Of a stretch of 64,000 nt of DNA, positions 1-9,873 are shown in pieces. The notes under the pieces were generated by a model. That model was not told the DNA's origin, did no database searches, and saw only the letters and a list, made by a program, of their open reading frames with translations. Position 1 is the first letter of the stretch. The number at the start of each line of letters is the position of its first letter. The DNA is from Gemmatimonadales bacterium (lineage in GTDB: Bacteria; Gemmatimonadota; Gemmatimonadetes; Gemmatimonadales; GWC2-71-9), in the NCBI GenBank assembly GCA_965249575.1, contig OZ252244.1, positions 832,001-896,000 on the forward strand. The letters are read 5' to 3'. The translations under genes were made by a program, and so were the position numbers.

Positions 1-676
1 AGATGGCGCTCAGGGTCAGGAAGTACACCGCGTCCCGCAGATCGATCACGCCCCGCGCGATATTCTGGAAGTGTGAGAGCACGCCCAACCGCGCCGCAAC
101 CGCACCCAGAAACGGGGGCAGGCCCACGAGCAGCGGATTCAAACCGACCAGGACCAGGATGAACATCACCGACACGCCCAGGATGAACGCCGTGATCTGG
201 TTCCTGGCGAGGCAAGAACTCCACAGCCCTACCCCGGCGAATCCTGCGGCGAGAAGCGCGGCCCCGGCGTATTGTGCGATGACCACGCCGACTTGCAGGT
301 CGGCCCCGAAGGACAGCCCGACGGCGATGGGGATCGTCAAGGCCAGCGCCACCCAGATAAACAACAGCTGACCGAGGTACTTGCCCATCACGAGTTCCAG
401 CTCCGTGATCGGTTGGGCCAGAACGACCTCCAGCGTCCCGGAACGGGCGTCCTCGGCCACGGCGCGCATGGTCACCGCCGGGACGAAAAACAGGAACACC
501 CAGGGGAGGAGATCGAGCATCGGGCGGAGTGAAGCCGCACGGCTCAAGTACGCTTGGCGGAAGAACAGAAAATCGTTGACCGCCAGGAACACGATGAGCA
601 GGATGTAGCCCGTCGGGTGGTCGAAGAGGGCGCGGAGCTCGCGCCGCGCAATCGTCCAAATAGAGCGTAGGTCCAT
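1..676 (-). CDS. ABC-2 type transporter permease (GldF-like), runs off window start
   Basis: Manual translation from ATG at 676: MDLRSIWTIARRELRALFDHPTGYILLIVFL..., hydrophobic, directly downstream of an ABC ATPase. Confidence 0.85.
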   Translation of the reverse strand, partial: MDLRSIWTIARRELRALFDHPTGYILLIVFLAVNDFLFFRQAYLSRAASLRPMLDLLPWVFLFFVPAVTMRAVAEDARSGTLEVVLAQPITELELVMGKYLGQLLFIWVALALTIPIAVGLSFGADLQVGVVIAQYAGAALLAAGFAGVGLWSSCLARNQITAFILGVSVMFILVLVGLNPLLVGLPPFLGAVAARLGVLSHFQNIARGVIDLRDAVYFLTLSAI

Positions 677-678
677 GG

Positions 679-1617
679 CTAGCTGTCCGAGGCCGTGATT
701 TGCCGGAAGAGATCTTCCACGCTGCTGGCCCGTTGATGGAGTTCGTACAGGGTCCAGCCCCTCGATTTCGCCAGATCGAAGATGGCCGGCCGAAGATCGC
801 GGGTGCCGTCGGACATGACGGTGAGCGCAACCCTGCCGTCGGGAGCATCTCGAGCCGGCCGGACCGATTGCACGCCCGACAAGCCCTCGAGTCCTACGCC
901 GACTTCGTCACCCCGCACCTCAACCGTGATATGTGCGCGGCCCTCGGCCTGCGCGATCAGCGCATCCACCGGACCGGCGGCGGCGATCCGGCCCTTGTGG
1001 ATGATCAAGAGCCTCGAGCACGTGTGCTGCACCTCCGACAGGACGTGGGTCGAGAGGATGACGGTGCGATCCTTCCCGAGATGACTAATGAGGTGCCGAA
1101 TCTCCACCCGCTGGTTGGGATCGAGCCCTTCTGTCGGCTCATCGAGGACCAGGAGGTCCGGGCGGTGCAGGATGGCCTGCGCCATCCCCACGCGTTGCCG
1201 GTACCCCTTGGATAGCTCGCCGATCGGACGGTAGAAGACCTCCTCGATGGCCGTCGAATCGACGGCCTCGTCGAGCGCCTGGTCCAGCTGAGCGCCATCG
1301 AGCGCTCGGAGCCCGCCGATGAACCGGAGGTACTCCGAGACCAGCATGTCGCCGTAGAGCGGGTTGTTCTCGGGCAGGTAGCCGATGCGCCGCTTCGCCT
1401 CCCGCGACTGGCTGGCGATGGAGGTCCCATCGAGCTGAATGGAGCCGGCATCGGGCTCTATGAACTGGGTGATCATCCGCATGGTGGTAGACTTGCCGGC
1501 GCCATTCGGCCCCAGAAAGCCCACAACCTGCCCACGATCCACCGTGAACGTGACCCCGTCTACCGCGGCCACGTCGCCGAAATGTTTTGACACACCTTCG
1601 AAAGTCAGCAATGACAT
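679..1617 (-). CDS. ABC transporter ATP-binding protein (GldA-like)
   Basis: Walker A GPNGAGKS, signature LSKGYRQR, Walker B LLVLDEP; start taken at ATG 1617. Confidence 0.93.
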   Translation of the reverse strand: MSLLTFEGVSKHFGDVAAVDGVTFTVDRGQVVGFLGPNGAGKSTTMRMITQFIEPDAGSIQLDGTSIASQSREAKRRIGYLPENNPLYGDMLVSEYLRFIGGLRALDGAQLDQALDEAVDSTAIEEVFYRPIGELSKGYRQRVGMAQAILHRPDLLVLDEPTEGLDPNQRVEIRHLISHLGKDRTVILSTHVLSEVQHTCSRLLIIHKGRIAAAGPVDALIAQAEGRAHITVEVRGDEVGVGLEGLSGVQSVRPARDAPDGRVALTVMSDGTRDLRPAIFDLAKSRGWTLYELHQRASSVEDLFRQITASDS

Positions 1618-1701
1618 CGTAGAGACCAAGTGATGCGAGGAATATCGGGCCCTGATCTTAACTGCACCAGGGCCCGGCATTCAAGCCCCCCGTGAACCGG
1701 C

Positions 1702-1758
1702 TTGCAAATGGGCCGTCAGATATTACTTTACCGTGTAAAGTGCTTTGCCTTAGCAAAG
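1702..1758 (+). promoter_or_regulatory. Putative promoter with two tandem palindromic operators
   Basis: TTGCAA (1702-1707) and TACTTT (1724-1729); inverted repeats ACTTTAC-cgt-GTAAAGT (1725-1741) and CTTTGC-ctta-GCAAAG (1743-1758). Confidence 0.6.
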
Positions 1759-1770
1759 GGGGGGCCATCC

Positions 1771-2353
1771 GTGACGCTGCCGAGCCACAAGGAGCGCGAA
1801 AGCGCTGAGGAAACCCTCGCCTACATCCGCCAGACCATGGAGTCGGCGTCGACGTTCACAGCCCTTTCCGGGTGGGGCCTAGTGGGGAGTGGGGTGCATT
1901 GGGCTGCTCGCGTCGTGGCTCGCGTGGACTAGCGGAGCCGGACCGGCGTTGGGGCTGTGGGTTCCGACGGCCGTGGTGTCCATGGCGGTGGCAGGCATCT
2001 CGAACGCCGCAAAGGCCCGGCGCATCGAGGTACCACTCTGGTCCGGGTCGCTCCGAAAGGTAGCCTGGGTAATGGCCCCGGCCCTCACTGCCGGAGCCAT
2101 GTTGACCTACGCCCTGATGACTCATGCCGACCCTCAGGTCCTGCCGGGCACGTGGCTTGCCTTGTATGGCGCTGGGGTGACCGGCGGCGGGACGTTCTCG
2201 ATCCGGGCCATCCGCTGGATGGGGCTCGTGCTCCTTGGCCTCGGGGCGCTCGCCCTGGCCCATCCGGCATGGGGCATCTTGTATCTGGCCCTGGGGTTCG
2301 GCGTTCTGCACATTCTATTCGGCCTGTACATTGCCAGGCGGCATCGTGGGTAA
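1771..2353 (+). CDS. Multi-pass membrane protein, split by one frameshift near 1891-1894
   Basis: GTG 1771 frame (…AEETLAYIRQTMESASTFTALSGWGLVGSG) continues in the 1889 frame (CIGLLASWLAW…FGVLHILFGLYIARRHRG); shift lies in a G run. Confidence 0.75.
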
Positions 2354-2666
2354 TGCGGTAGCGGAAGACCTCGATCGCCTGATTCACGAGCGCATCCGTC
2401 TGGGAATCGTGTCGGCGCTAGCGGCGAATGACTCCCTGACCTTCGCCGAGCTGAAGGACGTACTCCGCACCTCCGACGGCAATCTGAGCGTCCATGCGCG
2501 CCGTCTCGAGGAAGCGGGTTACGTCAAAGTGACCAAGGGGTTCGAGGATCGCCGGCCCCGCACCGAGTATCGCCTCTCCGCCAAGGGGCGCCGAGCGATG
2601 GAAACGTACTTGCATCAAATGGAAACGATATTGAGCCAGGCGCGCGACGCGCTGGAAAGAACGTGA
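2346..2666 (+). CDS. Winged-helix transcriptional regulator (MarR/ArsR-like)
   Basis: LDRLIHERIRLGIVSAL…SDGNLSVHARRLEEAGYV…RPRTEYRLS; GTG start overlaps upstream gene end. Confidence 0.88.
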   Translation: MGNAVAEDLDRLIHERIRLGIVSALAANDSLTFAELKDVLRTSDGNLSVHARRLEEAGYVKVTKGFEDRRPRTEYRLSAKGRRAMETYLHQMETILSQARDALERT

Positions 2667-3412
2667 AGGGCCTCCACGTTGCCATCATCATGGATGGCAA
2701 CGGCCGATGGGCCAAGCAGCGTGGCCGCCCTCGCTGGCGCGGTCACCTCGCGGGAGTAGAGAGCGTCCGGGAAGTCGTCGATTCGGCCCCCGGTTTCGGC
2801 ATCACGACCCTGACCCTCTACGCCTTCTCCTCCGACAACTGGAAACGGCCCGCGGCGGAGGTCGGCCGCCTCTTCTGGCTCCTCAGGGAATATTGCAGAC
2901 GGGAGCGGGCCGAGCTGCTTGCCAACGGCGTGAAGGTCTCGGCGATTGGTCGGCGGGACCGGATCCCCCAGTCAGCCCTCCGATATCTGGAGGAGCTCGA
3001 GCAGGCCACGGCCGAGGGCCCAAAGCTTCACCTGAGACTGGCCATCGACTATAGCGCCCAGGTCGAGATCGCCCGCGCCGCGCGGGAGATCGCCGGTCGC
3101 GTCGAAGACGGTGTGCTCGAGCCCGAAGACATGTCACCCGAGTTGATTCGGCAGGTGCTGACCGGTGGGGTTCCCGACCCCGATCTCCTGGTGCGAACGG
3201 CTGGCGAGCAGCGACTGTCCGACTTCCTGCTTTGGGAGTTGGCCTATGCCGAGCTGGTGTTCACGCCGGTGCTGTGGCCCGACTTTCGTCGTACGGACCT
3301 CGACGCCTCCCTGGGGGAGTTTCGACGTCGTGAGCGGCGCTTTGGGGGCCTCGAGTCGCGGCGCGAGCCCGTCCCAATGCTGGGCCCGCCGAGCGGTCCG
3401 ACCTACCCGTAG
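2663..3412 (+). CDS. uppS: cis-prenyltransferase (undecaprenyl diphosphate synthase family)
   Basis: HVAIIMDGNGRWA, YAFSSDNWKR, DPDLLVRTAGEQRLSDFLLW motifs. Confidence 0.95.
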   Translation: MKGLHVAIIMDGNGRWAKQRGRPRWRGHLAGVESVREVVDSAPGFGITTLTLYAFSSDNWKRPAAEVGRLFWLLREYCRRERAELLANGVKVSAIGRRDRIPQSALRYLEELEQATAEGPKLHLRLAIDYSAQVEIARAAREIAGRVEDGVLEPEDMSPELIRQVLTGGVPDPDLLVRTAGEQRLSDFLLWELAYAELVFTPVLWPDFRRTDLDASLGEFRRRERRFGGLESRREPVPMLGPPSGPTYP

Positions 3413-3413
3413 G

Positions 3414-3758
3414 ATGAAAACGGGCGTTACCCGGTGGACGGGTGGGGGGCTCCTCCTGCTCTGCATGTGGTGGTGGCTCGAGGCGGCGGGCGACCTCGCC
3501 GTCGTGTCCCCGATACACTGGGGACTCATTCTCCCGCAGCTCGGAGTCGGGGCCGTTCCAGCGCTCGTCGGGACGCTGACCGCTGGCGCGCTCATCTTCG
3601 GCCGGCCCGGTGCGCGGGCCCTGGTGTTCGCCCTGTTCTTCACGCTGCTCCAGGCGGTCGCCGTGACCGTGCTAGCACCCGATCTGCAGGAGCGCTACTC
3701 CGAGACGGTACAACAGAGCGAAGCCCTCCGGACCGAGAGCGGCCCGGCGGCTCGCTGA
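3414..3758 (+). CDS. Small hypothetical membrane protein
   Basis: ATG 1 nt after the uppS stop; three hydrophobic segments. Confidence 0.6.
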   Translation: MKTGVTRWTGGGLLLLCMWWWLEAAGDLAVVSPIHWGLILPQLGVGAVPALVGTLTAGALIFGRPGARALVFALFFTLLQAVAVTVLAPDLQERYSETVQQSEALRTESGPAAR

Positions 3759-3846
3759 GACGGCGGTGAGGCGGGAGCACCCCCCTTCCCAAGCCGACTG
3801 CGTTCCGGGCATCTTACCCGACTCCTCGAGCCCGCAGGCGGTTTCA

Positions 3847-5325
3847 ATGCAACGCGTGATCTACTCCCTCGCGTACGCCACCTTTGCTGCATCCGCGCTC
3901 GCCGCTCAGGCACCCACCCCGTCCATCGGGGAGCGTTACGAACGCCTCCTGATACGAAACGCGCTCATCGTCGATGGAGCGGGTAACCCGGCTCGGGGAC
4001 CTTTCGACATCTTGGTTCAGGGATCGCGCATCGCGAGCATCTCCCGGGCGATGGGGCTCCCACGCCAGGCCGATCGGGTCATCGACGCCACCGGGATGTA
4101 CGTCATGCCGGGTCTCGTCGACCTGCACGGCCACGTTCAGTTCCGCTCGGGAGGAAAGCCGCTCGCCAAGGACTACGTCTACAAGCTCTGGCTCGGCCAC
4201 GGCATTACGACCATTCGGGACCCCGGGACCGGGGCCGGGCTCGACACCGTCCTCCAACACGCGGAATTGTCGAAGGCAAACACGATCAACGCGCCGACGC
4301 TCATCCCATATGCCGCCTTTCGTGGTGCGAACAACGGTGACGACGCGCGGAGGGTGGTCCGAGAGCTGAAAACGCGTGGGGCGCGCGGCCTCAAGGTGTT
4401 CATCCAGCGCCCGGATATCTACGAGGCGCTCCTCGACGAGGCCCGCATCCAGGGCCTGCCAGTCGCCGTTGACCTCAAGGTTCAGGAAGTCGATGCCATG
4501 TTCGTTGCGCGACGCGGCGTCACCACCATCGAGCATTGGTATGGAATCCCCGACGCGGCGATACCGGGTCCGCAGAATTTCCCGGATGCATACGTCTACG
4601 AAAACGAGCTGGACCGATTCCGGTGGGCCGGTGACCTCTGGCGTCAGGCTGATTCCGCACTGCTCTCCGCGGTGATTGACACGATGATCGCACACGGGGT
4701 GACGTGGGATCCGACGTTTGCCGTGTACGAAGCCAATCGAGACCTCACCCGCGCGCGGAGTCTGCCCTGGTTCGAAGATTACGCGATGCCCAATGTTCTC
4801 GAGTTCTTCGAGCCGAACCTCGACAATCACGGCTCGTATCATCTGGACTGGACCACGACCGACGAGGTCCGGTGGCGTGAGAATTTCCGGATCTGGATGA
4901 AGTGGGTTCGCGAGTTCGCCCGCCGTGGCGGGAATGTGACGATCGGATCGGACGCCGCGTTCATTTACAATCTCTACGGCTTCGGAACCATCAGGAATCT
5001 CGAGCTCCACCAGGAAGCCGGATTTCACCCGATCGAGATCATCCAGCACGCGACCTCGAACGGGGCGAGAGCTTTGGGCCTGACACAGACCGGTGTCATT
5101 CGCGCGGGTTTCGAAGCCGACATGGCGATCGTGGACGGAAATCCGCTGCACAACCTCAAAGTGCTATACGGGACCGGGATCGATGTGTTCGAGGACGGTC
5201 AGATGGTCAGAAGGGGCGGTGTGAAATACACCATCAAGGACGGGATCGTGTTCGATGCGCCCGCGCTGCTTCAGGACGTAGTGGAAATGGTCCGGACGGC
5301 CAAGGGGAAGCCAAACACGACCTAG
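3847..5325 (+). CDS. Secreted amidohydrolase-family protein
   Basis: Signal peptide, VIDATGMYVMPGLVDLHGH metal motif, IGSD, ATSNGARAL…G.I..G..AD. Confidence 0.88.
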   Translation: MQRVIYSLAYATFAASALAAQAPTPSIGERYERLLIRNALIVDGAGNPARGPFDILVQGSRIASISRAMGLPRQADRVIDATGMYVMPGLVDLHGHVQFRSGGKPLAKDYVYKLWLGHGITTIRDPGTGAGLDTVLQHAELSKANTINAPTLIPYAAFRGANNGDDARRVVRELKTRGARGLKVFIQRPDIYEALLDEARIQGLPVAVDLKVQEVDAMFVARRGVTTIEHWYGIPDAAIPGPQNFPDAYVYENELDRFRWAGDLWRQADSALLSAVIDTMIAHGVTWDPTFAVYEANRDLTRARSLPWFEDYAMPNVLEFFEPNLDNHGSYHLDWTTTDEVRWRENFRIWMKWVREFARRGGNVTIGSDAAFIYNLYGFGTIRNLELHQEAGFHPIEIIQHATSNGARALGLTQTGVIRAGFEADMAIVDGNPLHNLKVLYGTGIDVFEDGQMVRRGGVKYTIKDGIVFDAPALLQDVVEMVRTAKGKPNTT

Positions 5326-5533
5326 GCTCCCCGCTCGGATGAGCACGATCATCCGCGTAACCCCCGAGTGGCCACTCGATGCGGGGTGGTCGAGCGCACC
5401 GGGTGACTGCCCCCGGTGGCACTCGCCGCCCTCGAGGGTGTACCTTCACGAGTCAGGGAGTTGTGCGCACGAGCCGATCGGGGTGCGACGCAGCGCAGCC
5501 GAACGCCGGCCCTTGCACCCAAGCACCTGATGC

Positions 5534-7297
5534 GTGAATCTGATGCGACTTCGACACACCATCGCTTTCCTGGCCACGTTGGGCGTACTCCAGCCCGATC
5601 CGCTGCGCGCGCAGACGATCATTGGACAAGTCATCGAGAAGAATTCCGGCGCCCCCGTGCCGGCGGGGTTCGTTGCGCTCATTGGAGCGGACGGGCAAGA
5701 GATCGCCCGCGCTCTCAGTAACAACGACGGCCGCTTCGTCCTCCGGACCCGGGAGCCCGGCGTGTACACCGTCCGGTCCGAGCGGATCGGTTTTCGCGCA
5801 TCCACGTCCGCCCCGATCTCTCTCGACCGTGGAGAGCGGAAACACTACCAGATGGAAGTCGAGGCGATCCCGGTCACGCTGGAAAGCATCGTCGTCTCCG
5901 GCGAGACCGAGTGCCGCAGCCGACCCGAGGAAGGGCGGGCGAGCGCGACGCTATGGGAGGAGGCCCGCAAAGCGCTCACGGCTGTGGCGTGGCTGCGAAC
6001 GCAGCGGCGGTTTCGGGTGGACATGAGGTTGTGGGAACGCCGACTGGACACCCTTCTCCGGGTCGTCCGTGAGTCGACTCAGACGCACACCGGCATGGCT
6101 CGCCGACCCTTCCGAAGCTTGCATCCTAGCGACCTCACGACTCGTGGCTACGTGCGCTCACGGCGCGACGGCGGGTACGATTTCTGGGGACCTGACGCCG
6201 ACGTCCTCTTCTCCGATGCATTTGTCAGCGAGCACTGCTTTCGCATCGTCCCTGGTCTCACGGAAGAAACCGTCGGTCACCTCGGTTTGAGCTTCGAGCC
6301 GGTCGGAAGGCGTGAGGTGTCCGACATCGAAGGCGTGATGTGGCTCGACGACCAAAACGCCGAGCTCAGGCACGTCGACTTCCGCTACACCAACCTGGAG
6401 CTTCCGGCCTGGACCGACGACGTCGGGGGGCGGATCGAGTTTCTGCGGCTCGCCAACGGCGCCTGGATCGTCCGCCGGTACTTCATTCGCATGCCGATTA
6501 TTGAGTGGGTAAACGAGCGCGAGTTCAGGAACCTCAGGATGTGGGTGGATTCCCGGCGGCCGAAGGTCGTGGGGTTCAAGGAGGACGGAGGCGAGATCCT
6601 CGACGCGTTCGGGGCTAACCTGCTCCGGCTGGCAAGCGCCGAAGGCGCGACCCTCATTGGAATGGTCTACGACAGCACCCGATCGACCCCGCTGATCGGG
6701 GCGACCGTGTTTCTCAGGGGAACCAAATACCAGACGACCTCGGGTGGTGGCGGGCGTTTCCGCATGGATGGAGTCCCCGAGGGCACCTACGCGGTCGAGT
6801 TCGCCCACCCGGACATCCCCGCGTGGGGCGTACTCCCCGGGGTCGACGCGGTCTCGCTCAAGCGGAGCGCCTCCACGAGCGTGCGCCTGGCGGTCCCATC
6901 CCGCGCGGGGCTGGTCAAACTGCTCTGCGCTGATCTGCCTGTGGAGCGACGCGCAGGCGCGGTCGCCGGGGTGGTGCGGGACATCGGGTCTCGAAACCCG
7001 GTGGCCGGAGCCATGGTACAGGTTTCCTGGAGCAACTGGGAACTCCGAAACATTCGCAACCAGACGGCGACCTCGGCGCAGATTCTTCAGACTCGACTGC
7101 GGGTCGAAACGTTTGCTGATAGCACGGGCTATTACCTGGCCTGTAACGTGCCGGCGAACCAGCCAGTCGAAGCGTGGGCGGTCCTCGGGGAGCGGTTGGG
7201 GATCACCTCGACCCTTCGCGTAGTTCCAGGAGAACTCGCGGAGCAGGACTTGCTGTTGGAGCCCCCGCGGAATTCAGGCGGCGGGCGAGGGCGCTGA
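5534..7297 (+). CDS. Secreted protein with carboxypeptidase-regulatory-like (transthyretin-fold) repeats
   Basis: Signal peptide; repeated G.V.D/E….PV.GA.V…T…G.F….G.Y.V modules. Confidence 0.75.
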   Translation: MNLMRLRHTIAFLATLGVLQPDPLRAQTIIGQVIEKNSGAPVPAGFVALIGADGQEIARALSNNDGRFVLRTREPGVYTVRSERIGFRASTSAPISLDRGERKHYQMEVEAIPVTLESIVVSGETECRSRPEEGRASATLWEEARKALTAVAWLRTQRRFRVDMRLWERRLDTLLRVVRESTQTHTGMARRPFRSLHPSDLTTRGYVRSRRDGGYDFWGPDADVLFSDAFVSEHCFRIVPGLTEETVGHLGLSFEPVGRREVSDIEGVMWLDDQNAELRHVDFRYTNLELPAWTDDVGGRIEFLRLANGAWIVRRYFIRMPIIEWVNEREFRNLRMWVDSRRPKVVGFKEDGGEILDAFGANLLRLASAEGATLIGMVYDSTRSTPLIGATVFLRGTKYQTTSGGGGRFRMDGVPEGTYAVEFAHPDIPAWGVLPGVDAVSLKRSASTSVRLAVPSRAGLVKLLCADLPVERRAGAVAGVVRDIGSRNPVAGAMVQVSWSNWELRNIRNQTATSAQILQTRLRVETFADSTGYYLACNVPANQPVEAWAVLGERLGITSTLRVVPGELAEQDLLLEPPRNSGGGRGR

Positions 7298-7309
7298 CGC
7301 GACCCGCCA

Positions 7310-7714
7310 TCAGCGCTCAGAGTTCTTCCTCCACCGATCGATCTGCCGTCGATCCCGCTTGGTGGGCCGCCCTTTTCCGCTGAAGGTAATCGTCGGTTGG
7401 GAACGGCTCTCCGCCGCTAACCGCTCACGCGCCCTCCGGCTCGCTGCGGTTTCCTCATACAGCGTGGCGGCGTGCTTGGCAGGACCGCGCCGTTCGCTCA
7501 GACCATGCACGAAGACCTGATACTCGAACAGACCCGACCGTATCTTCACCTCGTCGCCCACTTGGACCTGCTTGGAGGGCTTGGCGCGCTCACCATTGAG
7601 GCGGACCTTGCCTCCGTCGACGGCCGCGGTCGCGAGCGAGCGAGTCTTGAAGAACCGGGCGGCCCAGAGCCACTTGTCGAGCCGCACGCGGTCCAGAGGC
7701 TGCTTGGTGGACAT
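7310..7714 (-). CDS. hslR: Ribosome-associated heat shock protein Hsp15 (S4 domain)
   Basis: VRLDKWLWAARFFKTRSLA…GGKV…GRPTKRDRR. Confidence 0.93.
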   Translation of the reverse strand: MSTKQPLDRVRLDKWLWAARFFKTRSLATAAVDGGKVRLNGERAKPSKQVQVGDEVKIRSGLFEYQVFVHGLSERRGPAKHAATLYEETAASRRARERLAAESRSQPTITFSGKGRPTKRDRRQIDRWRKNSER

Positions 7715-7853
7715 ACGTGAATACTAGTGTAGGATCGGGCGGACAAAATGGCGCGTGGTATCGGGCAACGGTTTAGCCCGCGGGACCGCTCGTCCGCTCG
7801 CACTCACACCAGCACGCCCGGGAGGAGGAGCCGTGACCGTCCCTCGAGGAGCC

Positions 7854-8804
7854 ATGAAGCCAACGTTCGCCACGGTAGCTGTGGTCGGGACAGGCGTCGT
7901 GGGCCGTAGCTGGGTCCACGTGTTCGCCCGGGCCGGCTGCGACACACGGATCTTCGACCGGGACTCCGCCCAGGCCTCCAAGGCACTGGAATGGATCGGC
8001 CAGTCGCTGGATCGCAGCCAGGGCGATGGTCACATGACCGCCGCGGACGTCGATCGATGCCGATCCCGGATTCGCGTCTGCGAGGGGCTTGCCGAGGCAG
8101 TGGCGGGGACTACCTGGGTCCAGGAAACCGGGCCCGAGCGGCTCGAGACCAAGCAGGCGATTTATCGCGACCTCGACGCAGTGGCCTCGCGGGATGCAAT
8201 CCTGGGTTCCAGCACCTCGACGCTCGACATGACGGAAATCGCGGCCGAGCTGCCCGGGGCACACCGGTGCATCGTCGCCCACCCCGTCAATCCGCCCCAC
8301 GTCGTGCCCGCGGTGGAGATTCTCCCTGGCAAGCGCACGGATCCGACGGTCGTCAAACGAACGGATGCGTTCATGCGCAGCATCGGGCAAACGCCAATCC
8401 ATATGAAGCGTTACGTGTTCGGGTTCGTACTGAACCGGATGCAGGCCGCGCTCGTCCGAGAGGCCGTTCATCTCGTGGCGGCGGGCATCGCCGACGTGGA
8501 CGCCGTGGACGCTGCTATTCGGGACGGCTTGGGGCTGCGTTGGGCGTTCATGGGCCCTTTCGGCGTCGCTAACACCAACGCCGACGGAGGCGTTCGGGAA
8601 TACTTCACAAAGTACCACGACGCGTACATCGAGCTCATGAACGACCTGGGCCCCACGCCGTCGTTCGACAAGGAGCTGATCGAGCGGCTCGGCGAGGGAA
8701 CGGATACGATGGAGCAAACCGACCGGCGTGAAGACCTGCGGAGCTGGCGCGACCGCGTGATCATGGCAGTCCGAGAGGTGAAGGCGGCGCATCCGCATCC
8801 CTGA
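7854..8804 (+). CDS. 3-hydroxyacyl-CoA dehydrogenase family (lambda-crystallin/carnitine dehydrogenase-like)
   Basis: GTGVVG Rossmann motif, QETGPERLETK, AHPVNPP, GFVLNRMQ; alternative start GTG 7833. Confidence 0.88.
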   Translation: MKPTFATVAVVGTGVVGRSWVHVFARAGCDTRIFDRDSAQASKALEWIGQSLDRSQGDGHMTAADVDRCRSRIRVCEGLAEAVAGTTWVQETGPERLETKQAIYRDLDAVASRDAILGSSTSTLDMTEIAAELPGAHRCIVAHPVNPPHVVPAVEILPGKRTDPTVVKRTDAFMRSIGQTPIHMKRYVFGFVLNRMQAALVREAVHLVAAGIADVDAVDAAIRDGLGLRWAFMGPFGVANTNADGGVREYFTKYHDAYIELMNDLGPTPSFDKELIERLGEGTDTMEQTDRREDLRSWRDRVIMAVREVKAAHPHP

Positions 8805-8911
8805 CGAGCCAACGCCGCGGCCCCGATTTCCGACATTTTCTATCAGATTTAGTTAAATTAGCCATCCGAGGCTCGTGAACAGCTAACCTCGACGTCGGAG
8901 AACCGGTAGAC

Positions 8912-9331
8912 ATGTACGACGAACGAATGGTCGCTCCCATGCGGGAAGAGTTGACATCCATCGGGTTTGAAGAGCTCAGAACTCCGGAGGAAGTCGACCA
9001 TACCCTCAGTGAGTCCAATGGAACGCTGCTCCTTGTGGTGAATTCGGTGTGCGGGTGTGCGGCGCGCAACGCGCGGCCAGCCGCCGCCATGGCCATCCAG
9101 CACCCCAAGAGGCCGTCGAGGCTCGCGACGGTCTTCGCCGGCCAGGACACCGAGGCAACCGCCAAGGCGCGATCGTATTTCGTAGGTTTCCGGCCCTCGT
9201 CCCCGCAGATCGCTCTCCTCAAAGACGGCAAGGTGACGTACATGCTGGAACGGCATCAAATCGAGGGCCGTGAGGCGCCCGAAATCGCCGCGGACTTGAC
9301 TGCGGCCTTCGACAAGTGGTGCGCATCTTGA
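8912..9331 (+). CDS. BrxA/BrxB family bacilliredoxin
   Basis: VVNSVCGCAA (CGC motif), TVFAGQD, PSSPQIALLKDG. Confidence 0.92.
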   Translation: MYDERMVAPMREELTSIGFEELRTPEEVDHTLSESNGTLLLVVNSVCGCAARNARPAAAMAIQHPKRPSRLATVFAGQDTEATAKARSYFVGFRPSSPQIALLKDGKVTYMLERHQIEGREAPEIAADLTAAFDKWCAS

Positions 9332-9347
9332 TCACCGGAGCCGTGTG

Positions 9348-9842
9348 ATGCCGCGGGTCGCCCTGGACCAATTGCCGCCGCACGCGCGCCTGTGGATCTT
9401 CCCGGCCTCCCGTCCCTTAGAGGGCAACGAAGAGGCTATTCTGCTCGAGCGCGTCGACGGGTTCCTCGACGAGTGGCACGCTCACGGAACCCCCCTTTAC
9501 GCAGCCCGCGACTGGAAGAACAAGCAGTTCTTGTTCGTCGCGGTAGACGAATCGGCGGCAGGCGCGTCCGGGTGCTCGATCGACTCCATGGTTCGTTCCC
9601 TTCGGGAAGTCGAACGGTCGCTCGGCGTTCCGATCGTCGACAGCCCACCGGTGTGGTACCTAGAGAACGGGCACGCAACCGGGGTGTCTCGCGAGGAGTT
9701 CGCTGAACGCGCGGGCAGCGGGACGGTGACGCTGGATACCCGGGTATTCGACAACACGCTGGGGACTGTGGGTGACATTCGCGAGGGCCGCTGGGAGGTC
9801 ACAGCGGGCGAAGCCTGGCATCGGGCGGCGTTCTTCGAGTAA
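9348..9842 (+). CDS. Conserved hypothetical protein (WIF…W.AHG…ASGCSID motif)
   Basis: Intact ORF 16 nt downstream of the bacilliredoxin; resembles an uncharacterised family recalled from Bacteroidota. Confidence 0.75.
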   Translation: MPRVALDQLPPHARLWIFPASRPLEGNEEAILLERVDGFLDEWHAHGTPLYAARDWKNKQFLFVAVDESAAGASGCSIDSMVRSLREVERSLGVPIVDSPPVWYLENGHATGVSREEFAERAGSGTVTLDTRVFDNTLGTVGDIREGRWEVTAGEAWHRAAFFE

Positions 9843-9873
9843 TCCGGTAGGGAGGGTGCGGGGTATCGCCCTG

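Noticed and set aside
3844..5151. Long antisense ORFs (e.g. 3844-5151, 7773-8798, 47769-49157, 51075-52154)
   Set aside because: Shadows of well-supported genes on the other strand, expected at high GC, with no motifs.
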